Shown one piece after another: positions 1 to 13,100 of a DNA stretch of 64,000 nt (its first letter is position 1; each line of letters opens with the position of its first letter). Below the pieces are notes generated by a model. It did no database searches, was not told where the DNA came from, and saw only the letters and a program-made list of their open reading frames with translations. Position numbers and translations under genes: made by a program. The DNA lies in assembly GCA_002269645.1 (NCBI GenBank), contig NIVC01000644.1, forward strand, positions 62,001 through 126,000. Reading direction: 5' to 3'. This stretch comes from Macrostomum lignano (Eukaryota).

Positions 1-1925
1 CCGGGTGTGTTTGGAGCGATTCTCACGGTGTGTTCGGGGCGATTCTCAGGGTGTGTTTAGGGCGATTGTCAGGGTGTGTTTAGGGCGATTGTCAGGGTGT
101 GTTTAGGACGATTCTCACGGTGTGTTAGGACGATTCTCAGGGTGTGTTTAGGGCGATTCTCACGGTGTGTTGGGGGCGATTCTCCGGGTGTGTTTGGGGC
201 GATTCTCACGGTGTGTTAGGACGATTCTCAGGGTGTGTTTAGGGCGATTCTCACGGTGTGTTGGGGGCGATTCTCCGGGTGTGTTTGGGGCGATTCTCAC
301 GGTGTGTTCGGGGCGATTCTCACGGTGTGTTCGGGGCGATTCTCAGGGTGTGTTTAGGGCGATTGTCAGGGTGTGTTTAGGGCGATTGTCAGGGTGTGTT
401 TAGGACGATTCTCACGGTGTGTTCGGGGCGATTCTCACGGTGTGTTCGGGGCGATTCTCACGGTGTGTTCGGGGCGATTCTCAGGGTGTGTTTAGGGCGA
501 TTGTCAGGGTGTGTTTAGGGCGATTGTCAGGGTGTGTTTAGGGCGATTGTCAGGGTGTGTTTAGGACGATTCTCACGGTGTGTTCGGGGCGATTCTCACG
601 GTGTGTTCGGGGCGATTCTCACGGTGTGTTCGGGGCGATTGTCAGGGTGTGTTTAGGGCGATTGTCAGGGTGTGTTTAGGGCGATTGTCAGGGTGTGTTT
701 AGGACGATTCTCACGGTGTGTTTGGGCCGATTCTCAGGGTGTGTTTGGGCCGATTCTCACGGTGTGTTTGGGCCGATTCTCACGGTGTGTTCGGGGCGAT
801 TCTCACGGTGTGTTTGGGGCGATTCTCACGGTGTGTTCGGGGCGATTGTCAGGGTGTGTTTAGGGTGATTGTCAGGGTGTGTTTAGGGCGATTGTCAGGG
901 TGTGTTTAGGACGATTCTCACGGTGTGTTTGGGCCGATTCTCAGGGTGTGTTTGGGCCGATTCTCACGGTGTGTTTGGGGCGATTCTCAGGGTGTGTTTA
1001 GGGCGATTGTCAGGGTGTGTTTAGGGCGATTGTCAGGGTGTGTTTAGGGCGATTGTCAGGGTGTGTTTAGGACGATTCTCACGGTGTGTTCGGGGCGATT
1101 CTCACGGTGTGTTCGGGGCGATTCTCACGGTGTGTTCGGGGCGATTCTCAGGGTGTGTTTAGGGCGATTGTCAGGGTGTGTTTAGGGCGATTGTCAGGGT
1201 GTGTTTAGGGCGATTGTCAGGGGTGTTTAGGACGATTCTCACGGTGTGTTCGGGGCGATTCTCACGGTGTGTTCGGGGCGATTCTCACGGTGTGTTCGGG
1301 GCGATTGTCAGGGTGTGTTTAGGGCGATTGTCAGGGTGTGTTTAGGGCGATTGTCAGGGTGTGTTTAGGACGATTCTCACGGTGTGTTTGGGCCGATTCT
1401 CAGGGTGTGTTTGGGCCGATTCTCACGGTGTGTTTGGGCCGATTCTCACGGTGTGTTCGGGGCGATTCTCACGGTGTGTTCGGGGCGATTGTCAGGGTGT
1501 GTTTAGGGCGATTGTCAGGGTGTGTTTAGGGCGATTGTCAGGGTGTGTTTAGGACGATTCTCACGGTGTGTTTGGGCCGATTCTCAGGGTGTGTTTGGGC
1601 CGATTCTCACGGTGTGTTTGGGCCGATTCTCACGGTGTGTTCGGGGCGATTCTCACGGTGTGTTCGGGGCGATTCTCAGGGTGTGTTTAGGGCGATTGTC
1701 AGGGTGTGTTTAGGGCGATTGTCAGGGTGTGTTTAGGACGATTCTCACGGTGTGTTCGGGGCGATTCTCACGGTGTGTTCGGGGCGATTCTCATGGTGTG
1801 TTCGGGGCAATTCTCAGGGTGTGTTTAGGGCGATTGTCAGGGTGTGTTTAGGGCGATTGTCAGGGTGTGTTTAGGACGATTCTCAGGGTGTGTTTAGGAC
1901 GATTCTCAGGGTGTTCGGGGCGATT
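1..1925. repeat. 23-bp minisatellite (gggtgtgtttagggcgattgtca / cggtgtgttcggggcgattctca variants), truncated at window start
   Basis: About 80 tandem units directly visible; ORFs 167-1736 are translations of the unit. Confidence 0.97.
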
Positions 1926-2505
1926 TTGTTGGCCGTTAGCGGTTCCAACCAACCAACCAATCATCAAAATGTTGAATTTGGCAGAATATCAAAGTTTAAT
2001 TAAACAACCTGCAGTCCCACTCGCACCGGGCTACTAGCAGTAGCCTGTGCAGGAAAGAATGAAAACAAGAAAATCTTGTTGGTGAGTGATTTTTAGGCAC
2101 ACATAAATATAAAACCTCAGTCGTAACAATTTTCTGCAGAAGCCTTTATATTTCAAGCATAAATGAATAAATAGATGTTAATATGTTATAAGAAAAATTT
2201 GAGCAGAAATGTCTGCCATTTAAAGTCTACTCTGAGCAGCACGGAGTCTGCAAAATATGCTCAATGTGAAAGCGAAAAAGAAATAAAAAATAAGTAAGCA
2301 ATAAGCAGCCTCTCCATGCAGGGAAGGCGGGTTGAACACGAGTTAGTAAACAGGTGAGAGCGAGAACTGCCTACAAGTCAGGCTATTTATACAAAACAAC
2401 AAAAAAAACTGAACTAAAAATCTGCTTCTCAAAAGAACAAAAACTCGAAATCTTCTTCATTAGCTGCGTGCAAAGCAAGCGGTAGAAGTTGCTGCTGACA
2501 AGGGG

Positions 2506-3145
2506 AGTTGTGGGGCTGGCGGGAGCGTAGGTGTACATTGGGGTGGGTGGGGGCTGGTGGGGAGCGCAGGTGTACATTGGGGTGGGTGGGGGCTGGTGGG
2601 GAGCGCAGGTGTACATTGGGGTGGGTGGGGGCTGGGGGAGCGCAGGTGTACATTGGGGTGGGTGGGGCTGGCGGGGAGCGCAGGTGTACATTGGGGTGGG
2701 TGGGGGCTGGGGGAGCGCAGGTGTACATTGGGGTGGGTGGGGCTGGCGGGGAGCGCAGGCGTACATTGGGGTGGGTGGGGGCTGGCGGGGAGCGCAGGCG
2801 TACATTGGGGTGGGTGGGGCTGGGGGGAGCGCAGGTGTACATTGGGGTGGGTGGGGCTGGCGGGGAGCGCAGGCGTACATTGGGGTGGGTGGGGCTGGGG
2901 GGAGCGCAGGTGTACATTGGGATGGGTGGGGCTGGTGGGGAGCGCAGGCGTACATTGGGGTGGGTGGGGCTGGTGGGGAGCGCAGGTGTACATTGGGGTG
3001 GGTGGGGCTGGCGATGAGCGCAGGTGTACATTGGGGTGGGTGGGGGCTGGCGGTGAGCGCAGGTGTACATTGGGGTGGGTGGGGGCTGGCGATGAGCGCA
3101 GGTGTACATTGGGGTGGGTGGGGGTGGCGGGGAGCGCAGGTGTAC
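2506..3145. repeat. G-rich 36-39 bp minisatellite (gggagcgcaggtgtacattggggtgggtgggggctg), G-quadruplex-prone on + strand
   Basis: Tandem units visible, each with several G3-G5 runs. Confidence 0.96.
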
Positions 3146-3664
3146 ACAGGTAGGCACCAATTACTGTGGATGAGCTGATTAAGCAAATACTGAGCCATAA
3201 TACGCATTCATGCAGCTGGTTGATGCCGCATATTCATTTACACAAAAAGCTGTGGACGCTCCAGTTTCAGACGAAGAAGCAACGGGAATAAGCGGATTGT
3301 AATAAAAGCAAGCACAGATCTCTAAGTGGTCATGCAGAGCCCGTGGGTTTGCACGGGCCGACAAGGCAGTTAATGCAACAATTTAATAGAAATCATGCCG
3401 GCTCACGGGGAATAAAAAGGACTCAAAATAACACATTTTTGGACAGGAATAAATAGCAAATTTAGCATAAAAATGCGCAAATGTGCACACTATCTAAATC
3501 AGCCTACTAACAGTAGAACAAAACTGGAGTAGAAAGAATAACTAACTATGCAAACAAAATAAAGGCAATTCAAGCTTTAAAAACAATCGGATTGGTGAGT
3601 TGAGGAGCCAGCCAAGCGTGAGTGAAAGAGTTCAGCTTTCACAGTTCATTCCGTGATTAGAATT

Positions 3665-3975
3665 GGAGATACATATTGGCAATGTGAAAATTCCAAGCAA
3701 TTTACTAGTTTTTAAATGGTGGATTTTAAAATTACTATCGATACATATCGGCAATGTAAAAACACGTGCAATAAGTGAACTTAGAACTGGTCATTACTTT
3801 GCTATCTATACATATCGGCAACACCCAGATTAATAATAATAATCATGCTTTTAGTAAGTTTTTGGTTTATTTAAAAACTACTTTCGATACATATCGGCAA
3901 TGTATAAAACACACCCGCATATGACTCACTTATATATTGTCATTCTATTACTTTCGATACATATCGGCAAAAGAG
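3665..3975. repeat. Degenerate repeat with core cgatacatatcggcaa; same family as 13365-13945
   Basis: Five spaced copies of the core, same orientation as the copies at 13.4-13.9 kb. Confidence 0.75.
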
Positions 3976-4103
3976 ACATTTGTGCTTTATGACTCCGAGG
4001 TGCATATTCCAATCTCAACCAAATGTAGTCACGAAAGGAATAAAAGACAAACTGAAAGCATTGAGAAACTCGGATTGAAAGCCTTCGACTCAGAACTCAG
4101 AGC

Positions 4104-7100
4104 TCAGAACTCCTCCACGTAGGAGCCCGGGAAGATGCCCCGCTTGCCCGTTGAGTCCTCGCCCAGCCACCAGCCGTCGGCGCTCTTCTCCAGCACGCTG
4201 AGCACGTCGCCTTCGCGCACCGTCAGCTCGTCCGGCTGCCGAGAGTCGTAGTTGTAAAGAACCCGCGCCCAGCCGCACACCCGCAGGCTGCTGCGGTTCT
4301 GCGGTGCCTGCGGCTGCTGCTGGTGCTGGGGCGTCGCCGGCGCCTGCAGCGGCAAATTGAAGAAGCGAATGGGTCAGTTATTGAATGCGAGTGAGTCAGT
4401 AGGTCAGCGATTGGGATAAGAGTGGGTCAGTGAGTGAGTGGGTCAGTGAGTGAGTCAGTGAGTGAGTCAGTGAGTGAGTCAGTGAGTGAGTCAGTGAGTG
4501 GGTGAGTGGGCCAGTGAGTCAGTGAGTGGGTCAGTGAGTGAGTGAGTGGGCCAGTGAGTCAGTGAGTGGGTCAGTGAGTGAGTCGGTGAGTGAGTCAGTG
4601 AGTGGGTCAGTGAGTGAGTCAGTGAGTGAGTCAGTGAGTGAGTCAGTGAGTGGGTCAGTGAGTGGGTCAGTGAGTGAGTCAGTGAGTGAGTCAGTGAGTG
4701 GGTCAGTGAGTGTGTCAGTGAGTGAGTGAGTGGGTCAGTGAGTGAGTGAGTGTGTCAGTGAGTGAGTGAGTGGGTCAGTGAGTGAGTGAGTGGGTCAGTG
4801 AGTGAGTGAGTGAGTGGGTCAGTGAGTGAGTGAGTGGGCCAGTGAGTCAGTGAGTGGGTCAGTGAGTGAGTGAGTGGGTCAGTGAGTGAGTGAGTGGGTC
4901 AGTGAGTGAGTGAGTGGGCCAGTGAGTCAGTGAGTGGGTCAGTGAGTGAGTGAGTGGGTCAGTGAGTGAGTGAGTGGGTCAGTGAGTGAGTGAGTGGGTC
5001 AGTGAGTGAGTGAGTGGGTCAGTGAGTGAGTGAGTGGGTCAGTGAGTGAGTGAGTGGGTCAGTGAGTCAGTGAGTGGGTCAGTGAGTGAGTCGGTGAGTT
5101 AGTGAGTGGGTCAGTGAGTCAGTGAGTGGGTCAGTGAGTCAGTGAGTGGGTCAGTGAGTGGTTCAGTGAGTGGGTCGGTGAGTCAGTGAGTGGGTCAGTG
5201 AGTCAGTGAGTGGGTCAGTGAGTGGTTCAGTGAGTGGGTCGGTGAGTCAGTGAGTGGGTCAGTGAGTCAGTGAGTGGGTCAGTGAGTGGTTCAGTGAGTG
5301 GGTCGGTGAGCTACCCACCATTGCAGACTTTCTCCGCACGGAGGCCAAGGCGGCGCCGTCGGTCTCAGCCAAGGTGTCGATCCTGGCGTAGGTGCCATCG
5401 TCAAACATGTCGTCATAGCTGAAGGCGGCAGCGGCGCCGCCGCCGTTTCCCGGCGCGGCGATTGTAGCGCCTCGATTGAGCGGCGGGTGCCGCCTGCCGG
5501 CTGCTGCGCCGGAAGGGGATGGGGACGGCTGGCCGCCGCCGGAAGCGGAAGCAACAGACTGGGCCCGGCGCAGGGCGGGCGGCGCCAGGCGAAGAATGGT
5601 CTGCGGCATGCCCTGTGGTAGACGAAGCCAGTTTTTTATTTGACGGACGGGAAGGCGAGCGCATTGCGTGCCTTAAGTAGCGAACATTTTGGCGCCCCTA
5701 GCAACCAATTTCGAGCTCTAACAACTTAGTTGGCGTTCTTAGCATCCAAGTGTGTGGGTATCAACAGAGCGCCTCTAGCAACTAGGTTTGCGTCCCTAGT
5801 AACCAAGTTAGCGTCCATGGCAACCAATTTAGCGACCCTAGTAACCAGGTTAGCGCCCATAGCAACCAATTTAGCGACCCTAGTAACCAGGTTAGCGCCC
5901 ATAGCAACCAATTTAGCGTCCCTATCAACCATTGTGTGACGTCAGCAAAAAGTTGACACCCATAGCAACCGATAGCAACCGCGCTCCTAGCAACAGAGTT
6001 GGCTTTCATCCGGACAAACCTGCCGGTCTTTGCTCCGTTCCAGACAACTCGCCAGGCGGTACACCGGCTTGTCGCCGCCGGTGAGCGCGTGCAGCGCCAA
6101 GTCCAGTTTGTACTGGTTGGCCTCAAGGAACTGCACCACGGCCAGGATGTGCGTCAGTTTCTCAGAGGCCTCCCGCTGAGAGGTTACATCGGAGAAACCG
6201 CCGGGGCCGCTTGCGTAAACTCCCAGCAGCTTCTCGACGCCCTCTTTGCCTTTCAGCTCGCGCTCCAAATCGGCGTACACGAAGCCCGCGTAGGTGCGAA
6301 GAGCGAACTCGCGACGTCCCTTGTCCATCGGGTTGTTCAAATCCTCGGCGTAGCTCTCGAATAGAACCTAAATGCAGTGGGTATTCTCCTATGTACATTG
6401 TGGATTCTCTAATGTACATCAACTGGATTCTCCTACGTACATTGACTGGATTCTCTAATGTACATCAACTGGATTCTCTTATGTACATCAACTGGATTCT
6501 CCTATGTACATCAACTGGATTATCCTATGTACATTGACTGGATTCTCTAATGTACATCAACTGGATTATCCTATGTACATTGACTGGATTCTCTAATGTA
6601 CATCAACTGGATTATCCTATGTACATTGACTGGATTCTCCTATGTACATTGACTGGATTCTCCTATATACATTGACTGGATTCTTCTATGTACACTGACT
6701 GGATTCTCCTATGTACACTGACTGGATTCTCCTATGTACATTGACTGAATTCTCCTATGTACACTGACTGGATTCTTCTATGTACATTGACTGAATTCTC
6801 CTATGTACACTGAATGGATTCTTCTATGTACATTGACTGGATTATCCTAAGTTGGCCCTCACCTGCTCGCTGGTCTGCAGCAATGCGCCCCGCTGCTCAA
6901 TAACCATGCCGATGTCGGCCTCCGTGTCCACCTGCCGTAGGCTCTGTCCAAGTCGGTCAGTCAGCTGGGCAAAAGCGGGCGCCAGCAGAGACAGCTGGTG
7001 CTGTAGCTTTTTCTGCATCTCGTGCGACTGTCTCAAACGGTCGGTTTCGAGCACCTGCAGCTGCTCGGAGCCCTGCGGGATGAAGCGGAAGGAATTTTGA

Positions 7101-10100
7101 ACTGAAATGGACCAGGTTTAATTAATTAATAATATTAACGAATTAAAAGCCATGGAAAATTAATCATGACGATTTTATTAACGACTGTAAAATTAGGGCT
7201 TCATTAACGCATATCGATAATTGACTATCATAAATCATGACTATCAAAGGTAATTTAACGATTATCGATAATTAACTATCAGGGATTTTTTAACGGTCAT
7301 AAATAATTAACGATCAGAGCCTTATTAACGATTATCGATAATTAAGTATCATGGCTTCGTTAATGATTATCGATAGTTAACTACCAGGCTCCTTTAACGA
7401 CTATGAATAATTAATTATCGGGGCTTTGATAACGATTATTGATAATCAACTATCAATGCCTTGTTAAATATTATCGATAATTAACTATCAGGGATTCGTT
7501 AAACGATTATCGTCACTTAACTACCAGGCTCCGTTAACAACTATGAATAAGTAACTATCGGGGCTTTGTTAACGATTATAAATCATTAACTATTAGTTTT
7601 TGCTAACGATTATCGATAATTAACTACCAGAGATTATTGCTAAAGCTTGCGAATTCGTAATAGACCGCGGCAGCTAAAACATTTCCAACTCATTCGCTAA
7701 TCGAGTCACGCCAAAACTGTTTGCAAAGCATTCGAATTGCGCCTGCAGGGCCCTGCTATGCTAAGTTAATGCGCAATACTCAGGCAACAGCTGCTGTAGC
7801 AATAGTTAACAAGAAACAAGACTGTTAGAGCCAGCTAATTGTACTTGTAGCTAACAGCTCACGAGACAGTCACGTGACGTGCGATATTCGTGCCGGCAGC
7901 AGTTCAACAAATAAGGCATCAACCAAAACGAACACTGCACAGGACAGTGCAGTATGAAAATATCACGAAACTTACATCGAAAACGGCTCACTAGCCTTAG
8001 CAACCGTGAATGTTTACATCGACAACGGCTCACTAGCCTTAGCAACAGTGAATGTTTACATTGACAACGGCTCACTAGCCTTAGCAATCGTGAATGTTTA
8101 CATTGACAACGGCTCACTAGCCTCAGCAACCGTGAATGCTTACATTGACAACGGCTCACTGACCTTAGCAACCATGAATGTTTGCATTGACAGCGGATGC
8201 TCAAACCATATTAAACATAAATTTGTTTACCTTGACAACGGTTGCCTCCCATTCGAGCCGGGCCAGTTCAGCTCGGAAGCAGGCGTCATAATAATCCCTG
8301 TCGTATTTCAGCTGGGCCGTCTGCGAGCTGCGGCACTTCTTCTCCTGCTGCAGGGACAAAGGAATGAATAAAAAAGTTAACATGCATAAATAAAAGCTCT
8401 TTCCTTGTGTGATAATTTAATAATAAGAGGAATAGTGAAGAAATATACCAATTACGTCATGTGTCCTTACTACAGGTATGTGAGTGATGTACATTGGAGT
8501 GGGACTGGGTGTGAGTGATGTACATTGGAGTGGGACTGGGTGTGAGTGATGTACATTGGAGTGGGACTGGGTGTGAATGATGTACATTGGAGTGGGACTG
8601 GGTGTGAGTGATGTACATTGGAGTGTGGGACTGGGTGTGAATGATGTACATTGGAGTGGGACTGGGTGTGAATGATGTACATTGGAGTGGGACTGGGTGT
8701 GAATGATGTAAATTGGAGTGGGACTGGGTGTGAATGATGTAAATTGGAGTGGGACTGGGTGTGAATGATGTACATTGGAGTGGGACTGGGTGTGAATGAT
8801 GTACATTGGAGTGGGACTGGGTGTGAATGATGTACATTGGAGTGGGACTGGGTGTGAGTGATGTACATTGGAGTGGGACTGGGTGTGAGTGATGTACATT
8901 GGAGTGGGACTGGGTGTGAATGATGTACATTGGAGTGGGACTGGGTGTGAGTGATGTACATTGGAGTGTGGGACTGGGTGTGAATGATGTACATTGGAGT
9001 GGGACTGGGTGTGAATGATGTACATTGGAGTGGGACTGGGTGTGTGATGTACATTGGAGTGGGACTGGGTGTGAATGATGTACATTGGAGTGGGACTGGG
9101 TGTGAGTGATGTACATTGGAGTGGGACTGGGTGTGAATGATGTACATTGGAGTGGGACTGGGTGTGAATGATGTACATTGGAGTGGGACTGGGTGTGTGA
9201 TGTACATTGGAGTGGGACTGGGTGTGAATGATGTACATTGGAGTGGGACTGGGTGTGAATGATGTACATTGGAGTGGGACTGGGTGTGAATGATGTACAT
9301 TGGAGTGGGACTGGGTGTGAATGATGTACATTGGAGTGGGACTGGGTGTGAGTGATGTACATTGGAGTGGGACTGGGTGTGAGTGATGTACATTGGAGTG
9401 GGACTGGGTGTGAATGATGTACATTGGAGTGGGACTGGGTGTGAGTGATGTACATTGGAGTGGGACTGGGTGTGAATGATGTACATTGGAGTGGGACTGG
9501 GTGTGAGTGATGTACATTGGAGTGGGACTGGGTGTGTGATGTACATTGGAGTGGGACTGGGTGTGAATGATGTACATTGGAGTGGGACTGGGTGTGAATG
9601 ATGTAAATTGGAGTGGGACTGGGTGTGAATGATGTACATTGGAGTGGGACTGGGTGTGAATGATGTACATTGGAGTGGGACTGGGTGTGAATGATGTACA
9701 TCGGAGTGGGACTGGGTGTGAGTGATGTACATTGGAGTGGGACTGGGTGTGAGTGATGTACATTGGAGTGGGACTGGGTGTGAATGATGTACATTGGAGT
9801 GGGACTGGGTGTGAATGATGTACATTGGAGTGGGACTGGGTGTGAGTGATGTACATTGGAGTGTGGGACTGGGTGTGAATGATGTACATTGGAGTGGGAC
9901 TGGGTGTGAATGATGTACATTGGAGTGGGACTGGGTGTGTGATGTACATTGGAGTGGGACTGGGTGTGAATGATGTACATTGGAGTGGGACTGGGTGTGA
10001 GTGATGTACATTGGAGTGGGACTGGGTGTGAATGATGTACATTGGAGTGGGACTGGGTGTGAATGATGTACACTGGAGCTCCACCATTGCCAAACCGCCA

Positions 10101-13100
10101 ACAAAATTTCCCAAAAACAAAGGCGTGTCACAGTGACGATGAAACTCAGGCCAAGTAGTTTCTTACTTTCTGCTCAAGTTTGCTTCGGCCAAGCAGACTG
10201 GAGCAGTTGGCGCTCAACTGGTCCCAGAGCAGGTCGGCTTGCTGGGAGTGATGGGATTTGGGATTTCAGCTCTCGCATGCAGCTCATGATGAGTGGGCAG
10301 AAAGTATCCGTTGATGCAGCCAACAAAAGCTGCGAAAGGGAAAATGATCCCCAAACAGGCTGAGCAGGGAAAATGATCCCAAAACAGGCTGAGCAGGGAA
10401 AATGATCTCAAAACAGGCTGAACAGGAAAATTATCTCAAAACAGGCTGAGCAGGGAAAATTATCTCAAAACAGGCTGAGCAGGGAAAATTATCTCAAAAC
10501 AGGCTGAGCAGGGAAAATTATCCTAAAACAGGCTGAGCAGGGAAAATTATCTCAAAACAGGCTGAACAGGGAAAATTATCCTAAAACAGGCTGAGCAGGG
10601 AAAATTATCCCCAAACAGGCTGAGCAGGGAAAATTATCCCAAAACAGGCTGAGCAGGGAAAATTATCCCAAAACAGGCTGAGCAGGGAAAATTATCCCCA
10701 AACAGGCTGAGCAGGGAAAATTATCCCAAAACAGGATGAGCAGGGAAAATTATCCCAAAACAGGCTGAGCAGGGAAAATTATCCCAAAACAGGCTGAGCA
10801 GGGAAAATTATCCCAAAACAGGCTGAGCAGGGAAAATGATCCACAAACAGGCTGAGCAGGGAAAATTATCCCAAAACAGGCTGAGCAGGGAAAATGATCC
10901 ACAAACAGGCTGAGCAGGGAAAATTATCCACAAACAGGCTGAGCAGGGAAAATGATCCACAAACAGGCTGAGCAGGGAAAATTATCCCAAAACAGGCTGA
11001 GCAGGGAAAATTATCCCAAAATAGGCTGAGCAGGGAAAATGATCCACAAACAGGCTGAGCAGGGAAAATTATCCCAAAACAGGCTGAGCAGGGAAAATGA
11101 TCCACAAACAGGCTGAGCAGGGAAAATTATCCCAAAACAGGCTGAGCAGGGAAAATTATCCCAAAACAGGCTGAACAGGGAAAATTATCCTAAAACAGGC
11201 TGAGCAGGGAAAATTATTCCAAAACAGGCTGAGCAGGGAAAATTTACCTTATTGGACTCCTTATCCGCTTTGGAGTCTCCACTGCCGCCGCTGCCGCCGC
11301 CCTTGCTTCCAATCCGGGCATCGGACAGAGAGTCCCAGGCCTTCTCGGTGTCCTTGGCGGCTGTGTGGGCCTTCTTCTTGGCGGCCGCCTCGTCAGACCG
11401 CTTGTCTAACAGGGTGCGGCCGGCCTTGTCCACCTGCGCCTCGATCTGCTCCGCGTCCGGGTGGGGTGGGGGCGAGAGTTATTGAGCACACCGAAACCAT
11501 AAATCCATTCACACAAAACCGCAAATCCATTCACACAAAACCGCAAATCCATATTCACACAAAACCGCAAATCCATTCACACAGAAACCACAAATCCATA
11601 TTCACACAGAAACCACAAATCCATTCACACAAACCCACAAATCTATTTACACAAAACCACAAATCCATTCACACAAACCCACAAATCTATTTACACAAAA
11701 CCACAAATCCATTCACACAAACCCACAAATCTATTTACACAAAACCACAAATCCATTCACACAAACCCACAAATCTATTTACACAAAACCACAAATCCAT
11801 TCACACAAACCCACAAATCTATTTACACAAATCCACAAATCCATTCACACAAAACCGCAAATCCATTCACACAAAACCACAAATCCAGTCACACAAAACC
11901 GCAAATCCATTCACACAAAACCGCAAATCCATTCACACAGAAACCACAAATCCATTCACACAGAAACCACAAATCCATTCACACAGAAACCACAAATCCA
12001 TTCACACAAAACCGCAAATCCATATTCACACAAAACCGCAAATCCATTCACACAAAACCGCAAATCCATATTCACACAAAACCGCAAATCCATTCACACA
12101 GAAACCACAAATCCAGTCACACAAAACTACAAATGCAGTCACACAAAACCACAAATCCAGTCACACAAAACCACAAATCCAGTCACACAGAAACCACAAA
12201 TCCATTCACACAAACCCACAAATCTATTTACACAAAACCACAAATCCATTCACACAGAAACCACAAATCCATTCACACAGAAACCACAAATACAGTCACA
12301 CAAAACCACAAATCCAGTCACACAAAACCACAAATCCAGCCACACAAAACCACGAATCCATTCACACAAAACCACAAATCCAGCCACACAAAACCACAAA
12401 TCCAGTCACACAAAACCACAAATCCAGCCACACAAAACCACAAATCCAGCCACACAAAACCACAAATCCATTCACACAAAAGCACAAATCCAGCCACACA
12501 AAACCACATATCCAGCCACACAAAATCACAAATCCATTCACACAAAACCACAAATCCATTCACACAAAACCACAAATCCAGCCACACAAAACCACAAATC
12601 CAGCCACACAAAACCACAAATCTATTCACACAAAACCACAAATCCAGCCACACAAAACCACAAATCCAGCCACACAAAACCACAAATCCAGCCACAAAAA
12701 ACCACAAATCTATTCACACAAAACCACAAATCCAGCCACACAAAACCACAAATCCAGCCACACAAAACCACAAATCTATTCACACAAAAACCACAAATCC
12801 AGCCACACAAAACCACAAATCCAGCCACACAAAACCACAAATCCAGCCACACAAAACCACAAATCCAGCCACACAAAACCACAAATCCATTCACACAAAA
12901 CCACAAATCCAGCCACACAAAACCACGCCAGCCCAGCCCCGCACCGGTTTCCGAGCCTTATGAAATGACTCGCTAAGATTCTTCATCGGCTTGGCCACCT
13001 CATCGGCCATGTTGGACGCGAACTCCTGCCTGACCTCCGCCTCCCGCTTCATGGCCTCGGCCACCGAGCCCCAGGAGTTTGCCACAGTGCTGCGGGCGAT

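Noticed and set aside
8417-10131. Long 538-567 aa ORFs, and similar ORFs at 167-1736, 2383-3207, 11466-12968, 14507-15190, 26846-27466, 58544-59821 and 60380-61266
   Set aside because: Translations of stop-free minisatellite units, open in several frames and lying inside introns or flanks of real genes.
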